NCBI GenBank assembly: GCA_040751795.1
Contig: JBFMHR010000002.1
Span: 320,001-384,000 of the forward strand
Length of the DNA: 64,000 nt
DNA from: Thermoplasmatota archaeon
GTDB lineage: Archaea > Thermoplasmatota > Thermoplasmata > UBA10834
Reading direction: 5' to 3'
Part shown: positions 17,515-26,973 of the stretch, in pieces
How positions within the stretch are numbered: the first letter of the stretch is position 1
Layout of the letters: the number at the start of each line of letters is the position of its first letter
Notes under the pieces: model-generated
Database searches by the model: none
What the model was told of the DNA's origin: nothing
The model's input: the letters and a program-made list of their open reading frames with translations, nothing else
Position numbers and translations under genes: made by a program

Positions 17515-20154
17515 TCACTCGGGCGGCGGGGGCGCCTCCCCCTCCGGGGGCCCGGCGGCCTTCCTGCGCTTCATCAGCACGAACGCCGCCGCCCCTATCA
17601 CGACCGCCGCGATGACTGCGCCGATCATGATGAGCGTGGTCGTGCTGATGCCTCCTCCGGTGTCGGAGGGCGAGAGCTCGACCTCGACCGTGGTGGTCTC
17701 GCCCACCTCGATGACCGCGGTGAGGGTCTCGGTCACGTAGCCGGTCTTGGTGACCGTCACGTTCCACGTCCCAGCGTCGAGGAGCTGGACCTCGAACTCG
17801 CCCGCCTCGTCGGACGTCGCCAGCTTGGTCACGTCCCCCATGCGGACCGAGACGGTTGCCCCGTCCAGCGGGTCCCCGGTGTCGGCGTCCGTCACGACCC
17901 CTGAGAGCGTCCCCGACGTCAGCCCGAGGGTGAAGTTGAGGGTCGTGGTGTTCCCAGCCTCCACCACCGCCTGGAGCGTCGCAGACCCGTACCCAGACGC
18001 GTCGGCCGTCACGTCGTAGGTGCCGGCGGAGACGGTCATGTTGTAGTACCCGGCGGAGTTGGTGGTGGCCGAAGTCGCCTCAGCGGTCACGGATGCCGTG
18101 ACGATCGGGTCGCCCGCCGAATCCTTGACGTATCCGGAGATCCACCCGGCGTCCTCGACCACCGACACCGTCACGGTGAGGGTGTCCTGGCCCTGCAGCC
18201 CGCCCGCGTCCGTGACGGTCAGGGTCACGGTGACGGTCCCCTCCTGCTCGAACTTGTAGCTCACCGTCTGGCCGAGCTCGTACGCGAGGGTCGAGTCCGG
18301 CTCCATGAACGTCCAGTTCCAGACCAGCTCCTCCGCGGGGCCGTCGTCCTCCGCGTACCCCGTGAACTCCCTCGTCTCGTTCAGCGCCACGGCCGTGTCC
18401 AAGCCCGCGTTGACGTTGGTGGGCGGGAGGTTCTCCCCCACCAGGACGACCTCGTAGTACAGCCACGGCCCGCCGGTGATGCTCGCCAGCGGGGTCATGC
18501 CCGGGTGCGCCTCCATGTCCGGCCAGTTCGTGAACCTGTCCGTCCTGTACGCGTACAGGCCGTACGCGTTGTAGAGGATGACGTACGGCGCGTCGAGGTA
18601 CAGTATCCGCTGCATCTCGTAGATGACCTCCTGCCTCTCCGAGACGACCACCTTGTTCTGCTGCTCTATGAACAGGTGGTCGTAGTAGGGGTTGGAGTAG
18701 AAGCAGTCGGACCAGGCCGACCAGTCGGTCTTGGTGCTGGGGATCTGGTCGGTCGTCATCACGGAGAGCAGGAAGTTCGGGTCGGCGTCCCCGCCCCAGC
18801 CCCAGATGAACAGGTCGTACTTCATGCCCACCCAGTCGCTGATGAGCTTGCTCTCCGACACCCCCAGCGCGGGCGCCTCTATCCCGACCTGCTCGAGCCA
18901 TCCTTGAATCATCATGGCGGCCGTCTCGTCCTCCGTGTTGTCGACTATGTACTCGAACACGAACGACAGCTCCACGCCGCTCGACTCGTTCTCCCTGAAG
19001 CCGTCGCCGTCGTCGTCCCTGTCGTAGCCCGATTCATCCAGTATCCTGTTGGCCTCGGCGATGTTGAACGGGTACTCCTCCCCGGCGGTGAGGTTGTAGT
19101 GCCACCTGGCGCTGGCCGGCGGTATGAGGGTGTCGCCGGCGACGCCGAGGTTGAGGAGGACGTCCTCCACGATGGCGTCCTTGTCGACGGCCATCGCGAT
19201 CGCCTTCCTGACGGACAGGTTGAGCGTCTCGAGGTTTTCGCTGGCCCCGACCACCCTGAGCTCGGGCGGACAGACGTTTATGCCCAGCTCCGTCAGCGAT
19301 ATCTCCCTGACCTCCTGCCCCTCGATGTTGTCCTTGCTGAGCACGGTCTCCCAGCTGTCGGCGGGGACGCTGCACGCGACGTCTATCGACCCGGCCTCGA
19401 GCGAGGTGAGCATCGCCTGCGAGCTCAGGAAGGTCTTGTAGATCAGGGTGTCGAAGTTCACCTTGGGGCCCCAGTAGCCGTCGTACGCCTGGAACTCCAC
19501 GAAGTCGTCGACGGAGTAGTTCGTCAGCTTGAACGGCCCGGAGCCGACCGGTCCGTCAGGGAAGTACAGGGTGTCGAACGGGTCGGCCGAGGTTATCTTG
19601 TTGGACGGGATGTTCTCCCACAGGTGCTTCGGGAGGATGGGTATGATGATGCTGAGCATGGTCGCCTTCGGGACGGCCGTCGTGACCCTCAGGGTGTAGT
19701 CGTCCAGGGCCCTGACGTCCGTCACGTTCCTCAGGTAGTCGATGTACAGCGAGCCCGCGGCCTCGTCCGTGATGATGAGGTTGTACGTCCAGTTGACGTC
19801 GTGGGCCGTGACCGGCTCCCCGTCGTGCCAGGTCATCCCGTGCCGTATGTTGTATGTCCATGTCAGCAGGTCCTCGCTGACAGTCCATGATTCCGCTATC
19901 TGCGGCGTCGGGTTCAGGTCCCCGTCGACGCCGAGGAGCATCTCGTACATCAGGGAGTACACCTCGTAGGCCATCACGAGGTACCCCGTCAGCGGGTTGA
20001 GGCTGTCCACGGACTGGGTGACGCCCACCACCAGCACGACTTCGTCCTGCGCGGCCGCCTCGGAGCTCGCAGGCCCGATGACGGCGGCGCTGAACATGAC
20101 GGTCAGCAAGAGCACGCACACGGAAACGGATGTTGCACGTCTGGTTGTGTCCAC
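17515..20154 (-). CDS. dppA: Peptide ABC substrate-binding protein (family 5) with PKD and beta-sandwich stalk and C-terminal TM anchor
   Basis: Signal peptide, WHDGEPVTAHDV, PVGSGPF, PKD-like VTLTVTD, carboxypeptidase-regulatory-like repeats, TM helix followed by KRRK. Confidence 0.9.
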   Translation of the reverse strand: MDTTRRATSVSVCVLLLTVMFSAAVIGPASSEAAAQDEVVLVVGVTQSVDSLNPLTGYLVMAYEVYSLMYEMLLGVDGDLNPTPQIAESWTVSEDLLTWTYNIRHGMTWHDGEPVTAHDVNWTYNLIITDEAAGSLYIDYLRNVTDVRALDDYTLRVTTAVPKATMLSIIIPILPKHLWENIPSNKITSADPFDTLYFPDGPVGSGPFKLTNYSVDDFVEFQAYDGYWGPKVNFDTLIYKTFLSSQAMLTSLEAGSIDVACSVPADSWETVLSKDNIEGQEVREISLTELGINVCPPELRVVGASENLETLNLSVRKAIAMAVDKDAIVEDVLLNLGVAGDTLIPPASARWHYNLTAGEEYPFNIAEANRILDESGYDRDDDGDGFRENESSGVELSFVFEYIVDNTEDETAAMMIQGWLEQVGIEAPALGVSESKLISDWVGMKYDLFIWGWGGDADPNFLLSVMTTDQIPSTKTDWSAWSDCFYSNPYYDHLFIEQQNKVVVSERQEVIYEMQRILYLDAPYVILYNAYGLYAYRTDRFTNWPDMEAHPGMTPLASITGGPWLYYEVVLVGENLPPTNVNAGLDTAVALNETREFTGYAEDDGPAEELVWNWTFMEPDSTLAYELGQTVSYKFEQEGTVTVTLTVTDAGGLQGQDTLTVTVSVVEDAGWISGYVKDSAGDPIVTASVTAEATSATTNSAGYYNMTVSAGTYDVTADASGYGSATLQAVVEAGNTTTLNFTLGLTSGTLSGVVTDADTGDPLDGATVSVRMGDVTKLATSDEAGEFEVQLLDAGTWNVTVTKTGYVTETLTAVIEVGETTTVEVELSPSDTGGGISTTTLIMIGAVIAAVVIGAAAFVLMKRRKAAGPPEGEAPPPPE

Positions 20155-20419
20155 AGCTCCCCCCTCCTATGCCCCTGCGTCGTCCGCAGGGTCGCGCGGC
20201 AGGTTCTCACTGCCGCTAGCTCTCTCCTAAGCGCCATCTGAATCTATCACGGTGCTATAATTAGGTTAGTGCACATTTAGGGCCATGCCCACTGGGAAGC
20301 CGCCGTGGCGAGCCCTCCAGGCAGGGGCCCTCCCCCGCGGGTGCCGTCGGAAAAATGTGACCCAGAGAGGCCTCCCCGGCCTCTCCGGCTAAGAGGTTTG
20401 TAGACCCATCCGAGCTCCT

Positions 20420-21202
20420 TCACTTCTTGTCGTCGTGCTTCTCGAGCCACCTGTCCAGGTTATCGAGCAGGTGGTCGAGCGAGTTCTGCAGCTGGGGCTT
20501 CTCGTCTACCTTGTCCTCGTGGTTCTCGATCGCTCTCAGCAGGCCCGGCGGGCCCTTCCCCTTGTCGGGTGGCTCGGGCGGCGGCGTCCAATTGATCACG
20601 ACCTCCAGCTCCACCGATGCGCCCCCGTCGGCGCCCTCGTCGTCCGTGACAGTCAGGGTGACTGTGTACGTGCCGTTCGCGGCGAACGTGTGCGTCACCT
20701 CCATCCCGGCCGATTCGTGGCCGTCGGAGAAGCTCCAGGAGTAGGCCGCTATCTCGCCGCCGTCGGGGTCGTGCGACCCCGCCGCGCTCAGAACGACGGT
20801 CCCGTTCTCGTTGTACACCACCTGTATGGATGCGGTCGGGTCGCTCTCGACCTCGACCACCATCGTCACGGACACCTCGGCGGAGGAGGAGTTCCTCCCG
20901 TCCAGGTTGTCAGTCAGGTTCAGCTTCACGGTGTACGTCCCGTTCGCGTCGTACTCGTGCGCGGCGGTCACGCCGTATCCCGCCGTCCCATCCCCGAAGT
21001 CCCAGGAGTAGTTGGCGATAGAACCGTCAGGGTCCGAAGACCCCGAGGCGTCCACGGCGACTGTGAGGCTCTCTGTCTCGAACTCGAAGACGGCGAACGG
21101 GAGTCTGTTCACGGACTCCTCCCTCGCCTTCGGCTCGAGGATCGCGAGCCCCACGGCTACTATCAATAGAGCAACGGCTGCCGTGGTTGCCACTAGGACC
21201 AT
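20420..21202 (-). CDS. Secreted or anchored protein with two PKD domains
   Basis: N-terminal hydrophobic helix, DASGSSDPDG..WDFGDG and a second WSFSDG..YTVTLTVTD. Confidence 0.85.
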   Translation of the reverse strand: MVLVATTAAVALLIVAVGLAILEPKAREESVNRLPFAVFEFETESLTVAVDASGSSDPDGSIANYSWDFGDGTAGYGVTAAHEYDANGTYTVKLNLTDNLDGRNSSSAEVSVTMVVEVESDPTASIQVVYNENGTVVLSAAGSHDPDGGEIAAYSWSFSDGHESAGMEVTHTFAANGTYTVTLTVTDDEGADGGASVELEVVINWTPPPEPPDKGKGPPGLLRAIENHEDKVDEKPQLQNSLDHLLDNLDRWLEKHDDKK

Positions 21203-21348
21203 CCTTGTCCTTGGGCTGATCCTCCCACTCTCCGGAGACAGGGAACGCCGTTATCGTATATCAGTCCCACCACGGCCAGTAGGGAATGGTGCACCCTTCT
21301 GTGCGTCGCCCTCCAGTAGAAATGTAGCTATCTGGACGTCAGAGGGGG

Positions 21349-22731
21349 TCAGCCCTTGGCGCCCATCCGCTCGATGATGGCCGCGACGAGCGCCACGGAC
21401 CCGAGCATGCTCTCCACCTTCATGTTCTCGTTCGGCGCGTGGGTGAAGGTCTCCTCGTTGTCGGCGTAGCAGTAGGCCATGCACAGGGGCGCGTGCTCGG
21501 CGAACATCGCCGCAGGCCCCGAGAACTGGGCCATCGGGACCACGCCCGTCCCGGCCGGGGCGCACACCTCCTTCATTATCGAGTGGACCAGCCTGATGTA
21601 GGGGTGGTTCACCGGAGTCTTGGCGGGCTCCAGGCCGGGCTTCTTGATGACGTCTATGTCAGTGAAGCCCCGCGCGTCCAGGTGCCTCCTCAGCAACGTG
21701 TGGACCTTGTCGACCGTGAGGTCGGGCACCATCCTCACGTCCAGCTTCGCGCTCGCCTTGGCCGGCACCACGGTCATGTCCTCGACCCCCTGGTAGCCCG
21801 TGGTCACGCCGCATATGGACATCTGCGGCCTCAGGAAGAGCTCCTTGAGCAGCTCCACGTCCCTCCTTCCCATGAGGGGCCTCTCCAGGCCGTACTCCTG
21901 CATGATCTGCGTGGTGAGGTCCCCCTGGTACTCCCTCAGCGCCTGGACGTCCTCATCCAGCGGCTCCTTCACCAGCTCGTCGAACCCGTCCACCGTGATG
22001 CTCTCGTCCGGGGCCTTCAGCGTGCTCAATGCCCAGACCAGCCGCCATGCGGCGTTCGGCACGGCCGCGGCCTCGCCCGAGTGCGCGTCGGTCCTGGCGA
22101 AGTGAGGGGCGCCCTTGGTGACGAGCTCGAAGTATGCGTCGCCCTTCAGCCCGCAGACGACCTCGCCCGGGCTCGCAGGCGTCGCGCTAACGCCCTCCCA
22201 CACGCTGCCGTCGGCAGTGATGAAGTCCTTGTGTTCTTTGGTGAAAGCGGGGAGCGACATGGAGCCCGCCTCTTCCTCCCCCTCGACCACGAAGCGGACG
22301 TTGACCGGCAGCTCGCCCAGGATGTCCTCGATGAGGTCCACCCCGGCCATGCTGGCCGCGAGCGGACCCTTGTCGTCGCTGACCCCCCGTCCGTAGATCT
22401 TTCCCTCGCGCGTCGCGAGCTCCCATGGGGACGAGCGCCACAGGCCCAGGTCCCCCGCGGGCTGCACGTCGTAGTGGTGGTAGAAGAGCAGCGTCTTCTC
22501 CGCGCCCTTGTCCTTGGAAGCGTAGACGATCGGCGCGCCTCCCTTCACAAACAGCGCCGACCTGTAGCCCCTCCTTCTGAACTCCCTGTCGACGAGTCCA
22601 GCGCACTCCTTCAGGGGCTCCTCTTCCCTCGGAGCTATCGTCTTGAATTGTACCATTTCGGCGAGAAAGTCCATCGCGCCCTTCTCATGATCCTTGGATC
22701 TGCCCTTCAGCGCCGCGAAAGTCTGCACCAT
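21349..22731 (-). CDS. M20/M25/M40 family metallo-peptidase
   Basis: HYDVQP, GRGVSDDKG, EGEEEAGS, HAPNE. Confidence 0.92.
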   Translation of the reverse strand: MVQTFAALKGRSKDHEKGAMDFLAEMVQFKTIAPREEEPLKECAGLVDREFRRRGYRSALFVKGGAPIVYASKDKGAEKTLLFYHHYDVQPAGDLGLWRSSPWELATREGKIYGRGVSDDKGPLAASMAGVDLIEDILGELPVNVRFVVEGEEEAGSMSLPAFTKEHKDFITADGSVWEGVSATPASPGEVVCGLKGDAYFELVTKGAPHFARTDAHSGEAAAVPNAAWRLVWALSTLKAPDESITVDGFDELVKEPLDEDVQALREYQGDLTTQIMQEYGLERPLMGRRDVELLKELFLRPQMSICGVTTGYQGVEDMTVVPAKASAKLDVRMVPDLTVDKVHTLLRRHLDARGFTDIDVIKKPGLEPAKTPVNHPYIRLVHSIMKEVCAPAGTGVVPMAQFSGPAAMFAEHAPLCMAYCYADNEETFTHAPNENMKVESMLGSVALVAAIIERMGAKG

Positions 22732-23767
22732 GCACGCACTCCCGTGGGATCTCCGATGCCCGGAATCCGGAATGTAGCAGCACTATTTAGATGGGTCGAA
22801 CCCGGAATCACTGCGGTTTCGTCCTCGAAAAGTCGTCCTGCACTCGCCTGCAATTCGCCACGCTGGCCAGGCATGGATGCACCACGTCGGATGCATCGAT
22901 TGCCGGGATTTCTTGAGCATGGCTTCCAATCCCGAACGCGGCCCCGATAGCTGCTGGACCTGGGGAAATACCGGTGAGTTATCTGCTCCGAATGTGAGCA
23001 CGGATTACCATGCACCGTCCCCTAACGAGAACCATCTCATCGCACCCTTCAATTTGCACCTAAGCGGCCTCTCGGACCTGCGAATATATGTGATAGGTAT
23101 ACAGGATAAGATGTCAATGATACTATCTATTAGAAGAATAGCATAATGGTTAATCGTACTCTCCGCCCAAACCCACGGCGTGATGCCCACCCATTGGCTC
23201 CAGCTCACTTGGATAGTATCTGCCTGGACTCATGGCTGGGTGATCTGGCTATCCGTTCCAGCGTCTCTGGATGGCTCGAGTTCAGGTTCACTCCATGGCG
23301 CGGGGCTCCCAATGCAGGCCTCGAATCCGCCTCTCTCCCTCGACGCAAAACGTGAGGCGTGCTATCTCGGAGCACGCTGGTTATATCGTACGTGCTATGC
23401 TAGCACATATCATGCTGTCCGCCGTCGTCGGACGGAAATATATGTGTGACCTATACAATGGCCGTTGATATAGATACATAGAGAAATAGTATAATTGTAT
23501 GGTCGAATCAACCCCTTCTATTGCCCCCGTAGGGGGCAAAGGGGGCGGAATGCCCCTCGGATCCCGATTTTTCGCTGCTTCCTAAGGGGGTTTTGACCGA
23601 TTTATTCGTATCCTTGATACAGAGTAGCACGATTTGAGCACGAATCCACTGCTGGATGGAGGGTGTCCCGGACGCCCACCATCGGAAACGGCAACAAATA
23701 GGGGATAAGGCGACGTTTTGACTAGGGGTCCGGGAGGGGGGTGAGCGGTCCAGGGCGTTTTGGACCC

Positions 23768-23825
23768 AAAATGCGACATTTTTATATAGGCACAATTCGA
23801 TGCTTTGTCGGACAATCGTCCAACA
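23768..23825 (+). promoter_or_regulatory. Putative recombinase promoter with flanking palindromes
   Basis: TTTATATA at 23781-23788, preceded by AAAATG-CGA-CATTTT and followed by TGTCGGAC-N4-GTCCAACA. Confidence 0.55.
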
Positions 23826-23847
23826 GGTAAGGGATGGGAAACCTACC

Positions 23848-24501
23848 ATGAGAAAGTATCTCAAGGAGGACGAGCTAAAGGCGTTGCTCGAGGCTCCTCG
23901 ACGGATGCGCGACCGTCTGATCATCAAACTCATGTACGAAACGGGGATGCGGGTAGGCGAGCTAGCAGCCTTGACAATCGGTGACGTGGACCTCGAGTCG
24001 GGCGAGATCACGATCCAGAGGGCGAAGAGGCACGAGGAGGGGCGCAAGGTCCCCATAGTCGACAGCTGGACCAAGACGATGCTCCACGACTACATCGGCA
24101 CCAGGAAGATACGGAAGGACCCGCTCTTCGTCTCCAACAAGCGCGGCCCGCTGTCCAGGCGGCAGGTTGAGCGCCTGGTCTCCAACTACGCGGAGAAGGC
24201 CGGGATCGAGCCAGACAAGCGCCATCCGCACGTCCTGAGGCACACTCACGCGGTCCACGCCCTGAAGTCTGGCATAGACCTGAGGACGCTCCAGCAGAAC
24301 CTGGGCCACTCCAGCATCGAGGTCACGGCCATATACCTCACGATGGACATCGACGACAGGAAGGAGGCGTACTCGAAGCACCCGCTGCCTGGCATGTCCG
24401 AGCACGCGGAGCCAGATGACGCCGAGGAGGGCCACGCGGGCGAGGCGCTCACTGTGCACTCCAATCACTCGAGCTCGTTCGTGCTCTCAGGTGATGTTTA
24501 G
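23848..24501 (+). CDS. Tyrosine recombinase, catalytic domain only (~217 aa)
   Basis: TGMRVGEL (R), AKR (K), HVLRH (HxxR) and LGHSSIEVTAIY (H, Y). No N-terminal core-binding domain. Confidence 0.9.
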   Translation: MRKYLKEDELKALLEAPRRMRDRLIIKLMYETGMRVGELAALTIGDVDLESGEITIQRAKRHEEGRKVPIVDSWTKTMLHDYIGTRKIRKDPLFVSNKRGPLSRRQVERLVSNYAEKAGIEPDKRHPHVLRHTHAVHALKSGIDLRTLQQNLGHSSIEVTAIYLTMDIDDRKEAYSKHPLPGMSEHAEPDDAEEGHAGEALTVHSNHSSSFVLSGDV

Positions 24502-24649
24502 TCAGCACCTAAACAAATCTATTGCAAACATCTTACACCTATCATATTCTCCTGTATGGCTAGAATGGGCGGAGACCGCCCCCTCCGAGCCGCATTTTCG
24601 GGCGCCCCGGGATTAGTTCATATCCCGCGATGCCCTATCGCGCGACGCG

Positions 24650-26032
24650 ATGCAGGAAGAGTGGACCGAGAAGTACAGGCCCAAGTCCCTCTCCCAGATC
24701 ATGGGGAACAACTACGCGGTGCGCTCCATGCGGAACTGGGCGGAGTCGTGGTCTAAGGGGAAGCCGCGCTACAAGGCCATGGTGCTCAGGGGCGAGCCAG
24801 GCACCGGGAAGACCAGCTCGGCGCTCGCCCTCGCCAACGACTTCGGGTGGGACGTCGTCGAGATGAACGCCTCCGACCACAGGAACGCCGATTCGATCAA
24901 GCGCGTCGCCGGGCTCGGGGCCATATCCCAGACGCTCACTCTGGACGGCGAGTTCCGCTCCACCGCGCAGGGGAAGAGGAAGCTCATAATCCTCGACGAG
25001 GCCGACAACCTGTTCGGGAGGGAGGACTACGGCGGCGCGAAGGCGATCGTCGAGGTCATCAGGGAGTCGAGCCAGCCAGTCATACTGATAGTCAACGACT
25101 ACTACGAGCTGACGAGGAAGGCGTCCGCGCTCAAGACCCTCTCGGACAAGGCGGTGTTCAGGAGGCTGGACGACCGGACGGTCGTCGCGGTGCTGGCGCG
25201 CATCGCCAAGGCGGAAGGCGTCACGCTGGGCCAGCCCTCGCTCGAGAAGATCGCGGAGAACGCTGGCGGCGACCTCAGGGCGGCCGTCAACGACCTCCAG
25301 ATGCTGGTGGAGGGCAGGACGGAGGTGCGGGCGGAGCACACGTCCGTGCTCTCGGAGAGGAACCAGGAGGCGCAGCTGGGCGACTCGCTCAGGGCCATGT
25401 TCGGCGCCAAGACGGCCAAGGAGGCCCAGGACGCCACGATGGACCTGGACAAGCTCCCGGAGGAGCTGGAGAAGTGGGTGGAGGAGAGCATCCCGAGCGA
25501 GATGAAGGACCCGCGGGACCTCGCGGCCGCCTTCGAGGCCATATCCCGGGCGGACATCTACCTCAGGAGGAGCAGGAAGCTCCAGCACTACGGCATGTGG
25601 GCCTACGCGCGCACGATGATGACGGGCGGCGTCGCCCTGTCCAGGAGGTACGGCGCGAGGCCGCACGTCGGCGAGTACGGGTTCCCCAGCCACTTCATGG
25701 TCATGTCCCGCGCCAAGGGCGCCAACGCGGCGAGGGAGTCGCTCAGGGCCAAGCTCAGCCCCCAGTTCCACACCTCGGGCAAGGAGTTCAGCGAGGCGGT
25801 CCTGCCGGCCCTCGTGACGCTGGCCAGGCGGGAGAGGGGGATACTCCTCAAGCTCGCGGTCGACGCGGAGCTGGACGACGGGGACGTCGCGTACCTCCTC
25901 GGCAGCGAGCCGGGCTCGGCCGAGGTCGAGGCGGTGATGGCGAAGGCCCGCGCCTCCAAGGGCGAGGATGACCCGGGCAGGGCCGCGAAGGCCAGGCCGC
26001 GCTCGAGGGGCAGGAGCCTCGGGGACTTCTGA
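24650..26032 (+). CDS. rfcL: Replication factor C large subunit
   Basis: WTEKYRP, GEPGTGKT, EMNASDHR, LDEADN, GGDLRAAVNDLQ. Confidence 0.95.
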   Translation: MQEEWTEKYRPKSLSQIMGNNYAVRSMRNWAESWSKGKPRYKAMVLRGEPGTGKTSSALALANDFGWDVVEMNASDHRNADSIKRVAGLGAISQTLTLDGEFRSTAQGKRKLIILDEADNLFGREDYGGAKAIVEVIRESSQPVILIVNDYYELTRKASALKTLSDKAVFRRLDDRTVVAVLARIAKAEGVTLGQPSLEKIAENAGGDLRAAVNDLQMLVEGRTEVRAEHTSVLSERNQEAQLGDSLRAMFGAKTAKEAQDATMDLDKLPEELEKWVEESIPSEMKDPRDLAAAFEAISRADIYLRRSRKLQHYGMWAYARTMMTGGVALSRRYGARPHVGEYGFPSHFMVMSRAKGANAARESLRAKLSPQFHTSGKEFSEAVLPALVTLARRERGILLKLAVDAELDDGDVAYLLGSEPGSAEVEAVMAKARASKGEDDPGRAAKARPRSRGRSLGDF

Positions 26033-26041
26033 GGTGGCCCC

Positions 26042-26971
26042 ATGGACGCGCGCACGAGGGAGCACCTGGAGAAGCAGCAGTACAGGATCATAGGCGACAC
26101 GGGCGCCGTCAAGCTGTGCCACTGGATGCGCCAGAAGCTGATCCACGGGAGGCCGTGCTACAAGGAGGAGTTCTACGGGATCAGCTCCCACAGGTGCCTC
26201 CAGATGACCCCCGCCGTCAACGTCTGCAACTTCAGGTGCCTCTTCTGCTGGCGCTTCCACGGAATGTCCAGCCTCGAGGGCACCGGCTACCCGGGTCCGG
26301 AGGAGCTCCTCGAGGGGTGCCTGGAGGAGCAGCGGTCCTTGGTGTCGGGCTTCAAGGGGGACGAGAGGTGCGACCCGGCGCTCTGGGAGGAGTCCAGGAG
26401 CCCGGACCAGGTGGCCATCTCCCTGTCCGGGGAGCCGACCCTCTACCCCGAGCTGGGGGAGTTCATCGCGCTGTGCAAGAGGCGGGGCATGACGACCTTC
26501 CTCGTCACCAACGGCTCCGTCCCGAAGGCGCTGGCCGATCTCTCCTGCATGCCGACCCAGCTCTACGTCACGGTCGCCGCGCCGAACAGGGAGGTCTTCA
26601 AGCGGCTCTGCGTCCCCCAGTTCGACCGCGCCTGGGACAACCTGATGGAGACCCTGGACCTGCTCGGCTCCCTCCCGACGAGGACGGTCGTGAGGCACAC
26701 CCTGGTGAAGGGCTGGAACCTGGGGTGGGAGGACGACTACGCCAAGCTGGACGAGCGCGCGGACCCGACCTTCGTAGAGTCGAAGGGGTACGTGTTCGTG
26801 GGCGACTCCCGCACCAGGATGACGGTCGACAACATGCCCCCGCACTCGTCGGTGAGGGAGTTCTCGTCCCGGCTCGCCCAGAGCCTGTCGCTGGACCAGC
26901 TGGCCGAGCGCGAGGACAGCAGGGTGGTGCTGCTTGGGGAGAAGGGCACCGCCCTGAGGGTCAGGGACTGA
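26042..26971 (+). CDS. taw1: 4-demethylwyosine synthase (Taw1/Tyw1, radical SAM)
   Basis: VKLCHW, CYKEEFYGISSHRCLQMTP, CNFRCLFCWR, ISLSGEPT. Confidence 0.93.
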   Translation: MDARTREHLEKQQYRIIGDTGAVKLCHWMRQKLIHGRPCYKEEFYGISSHRCLQMTPAVNVCNFRCLFCWRFHGMSSLEGTGYPGPEELLEGCLEEQRSLVSGFKGDERCDPALWEESRSPDQVAISLSGEPTLYPELGEFIALCKRRGMTTFLVTNGSVPKALADLSCMPTQLYVTVAAPNREVFKRLCVPQFDRAWDNLMETLDLLGSLPTRTVVRHTLVKGWNLGWEDDYAKLDERADPTFVESKGYVFVGDSRTRMTVDNMPPHSSVREFSSRLAQSLSLDQLAEREDSRVVLLGEKGTALRVRD

Positions 26972-26973
26972 GC

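Noticed and set aside
23119-23220. 9-bp inverted repeat GATACTATC/GATAGTATC as a fim-like switch
   Set aside because: A 9-bp inverted match is expected by chance in 1.1 kb and it does not extend.
22732-23847. Replication origin or CRISPR array
   Set aside because: There are no canonical ORB boxes (GTTCCAGTGGAAAC-like), no adjacent cdc6 and no regularly spaced repeats. An origin is not excluded, only unsupported.
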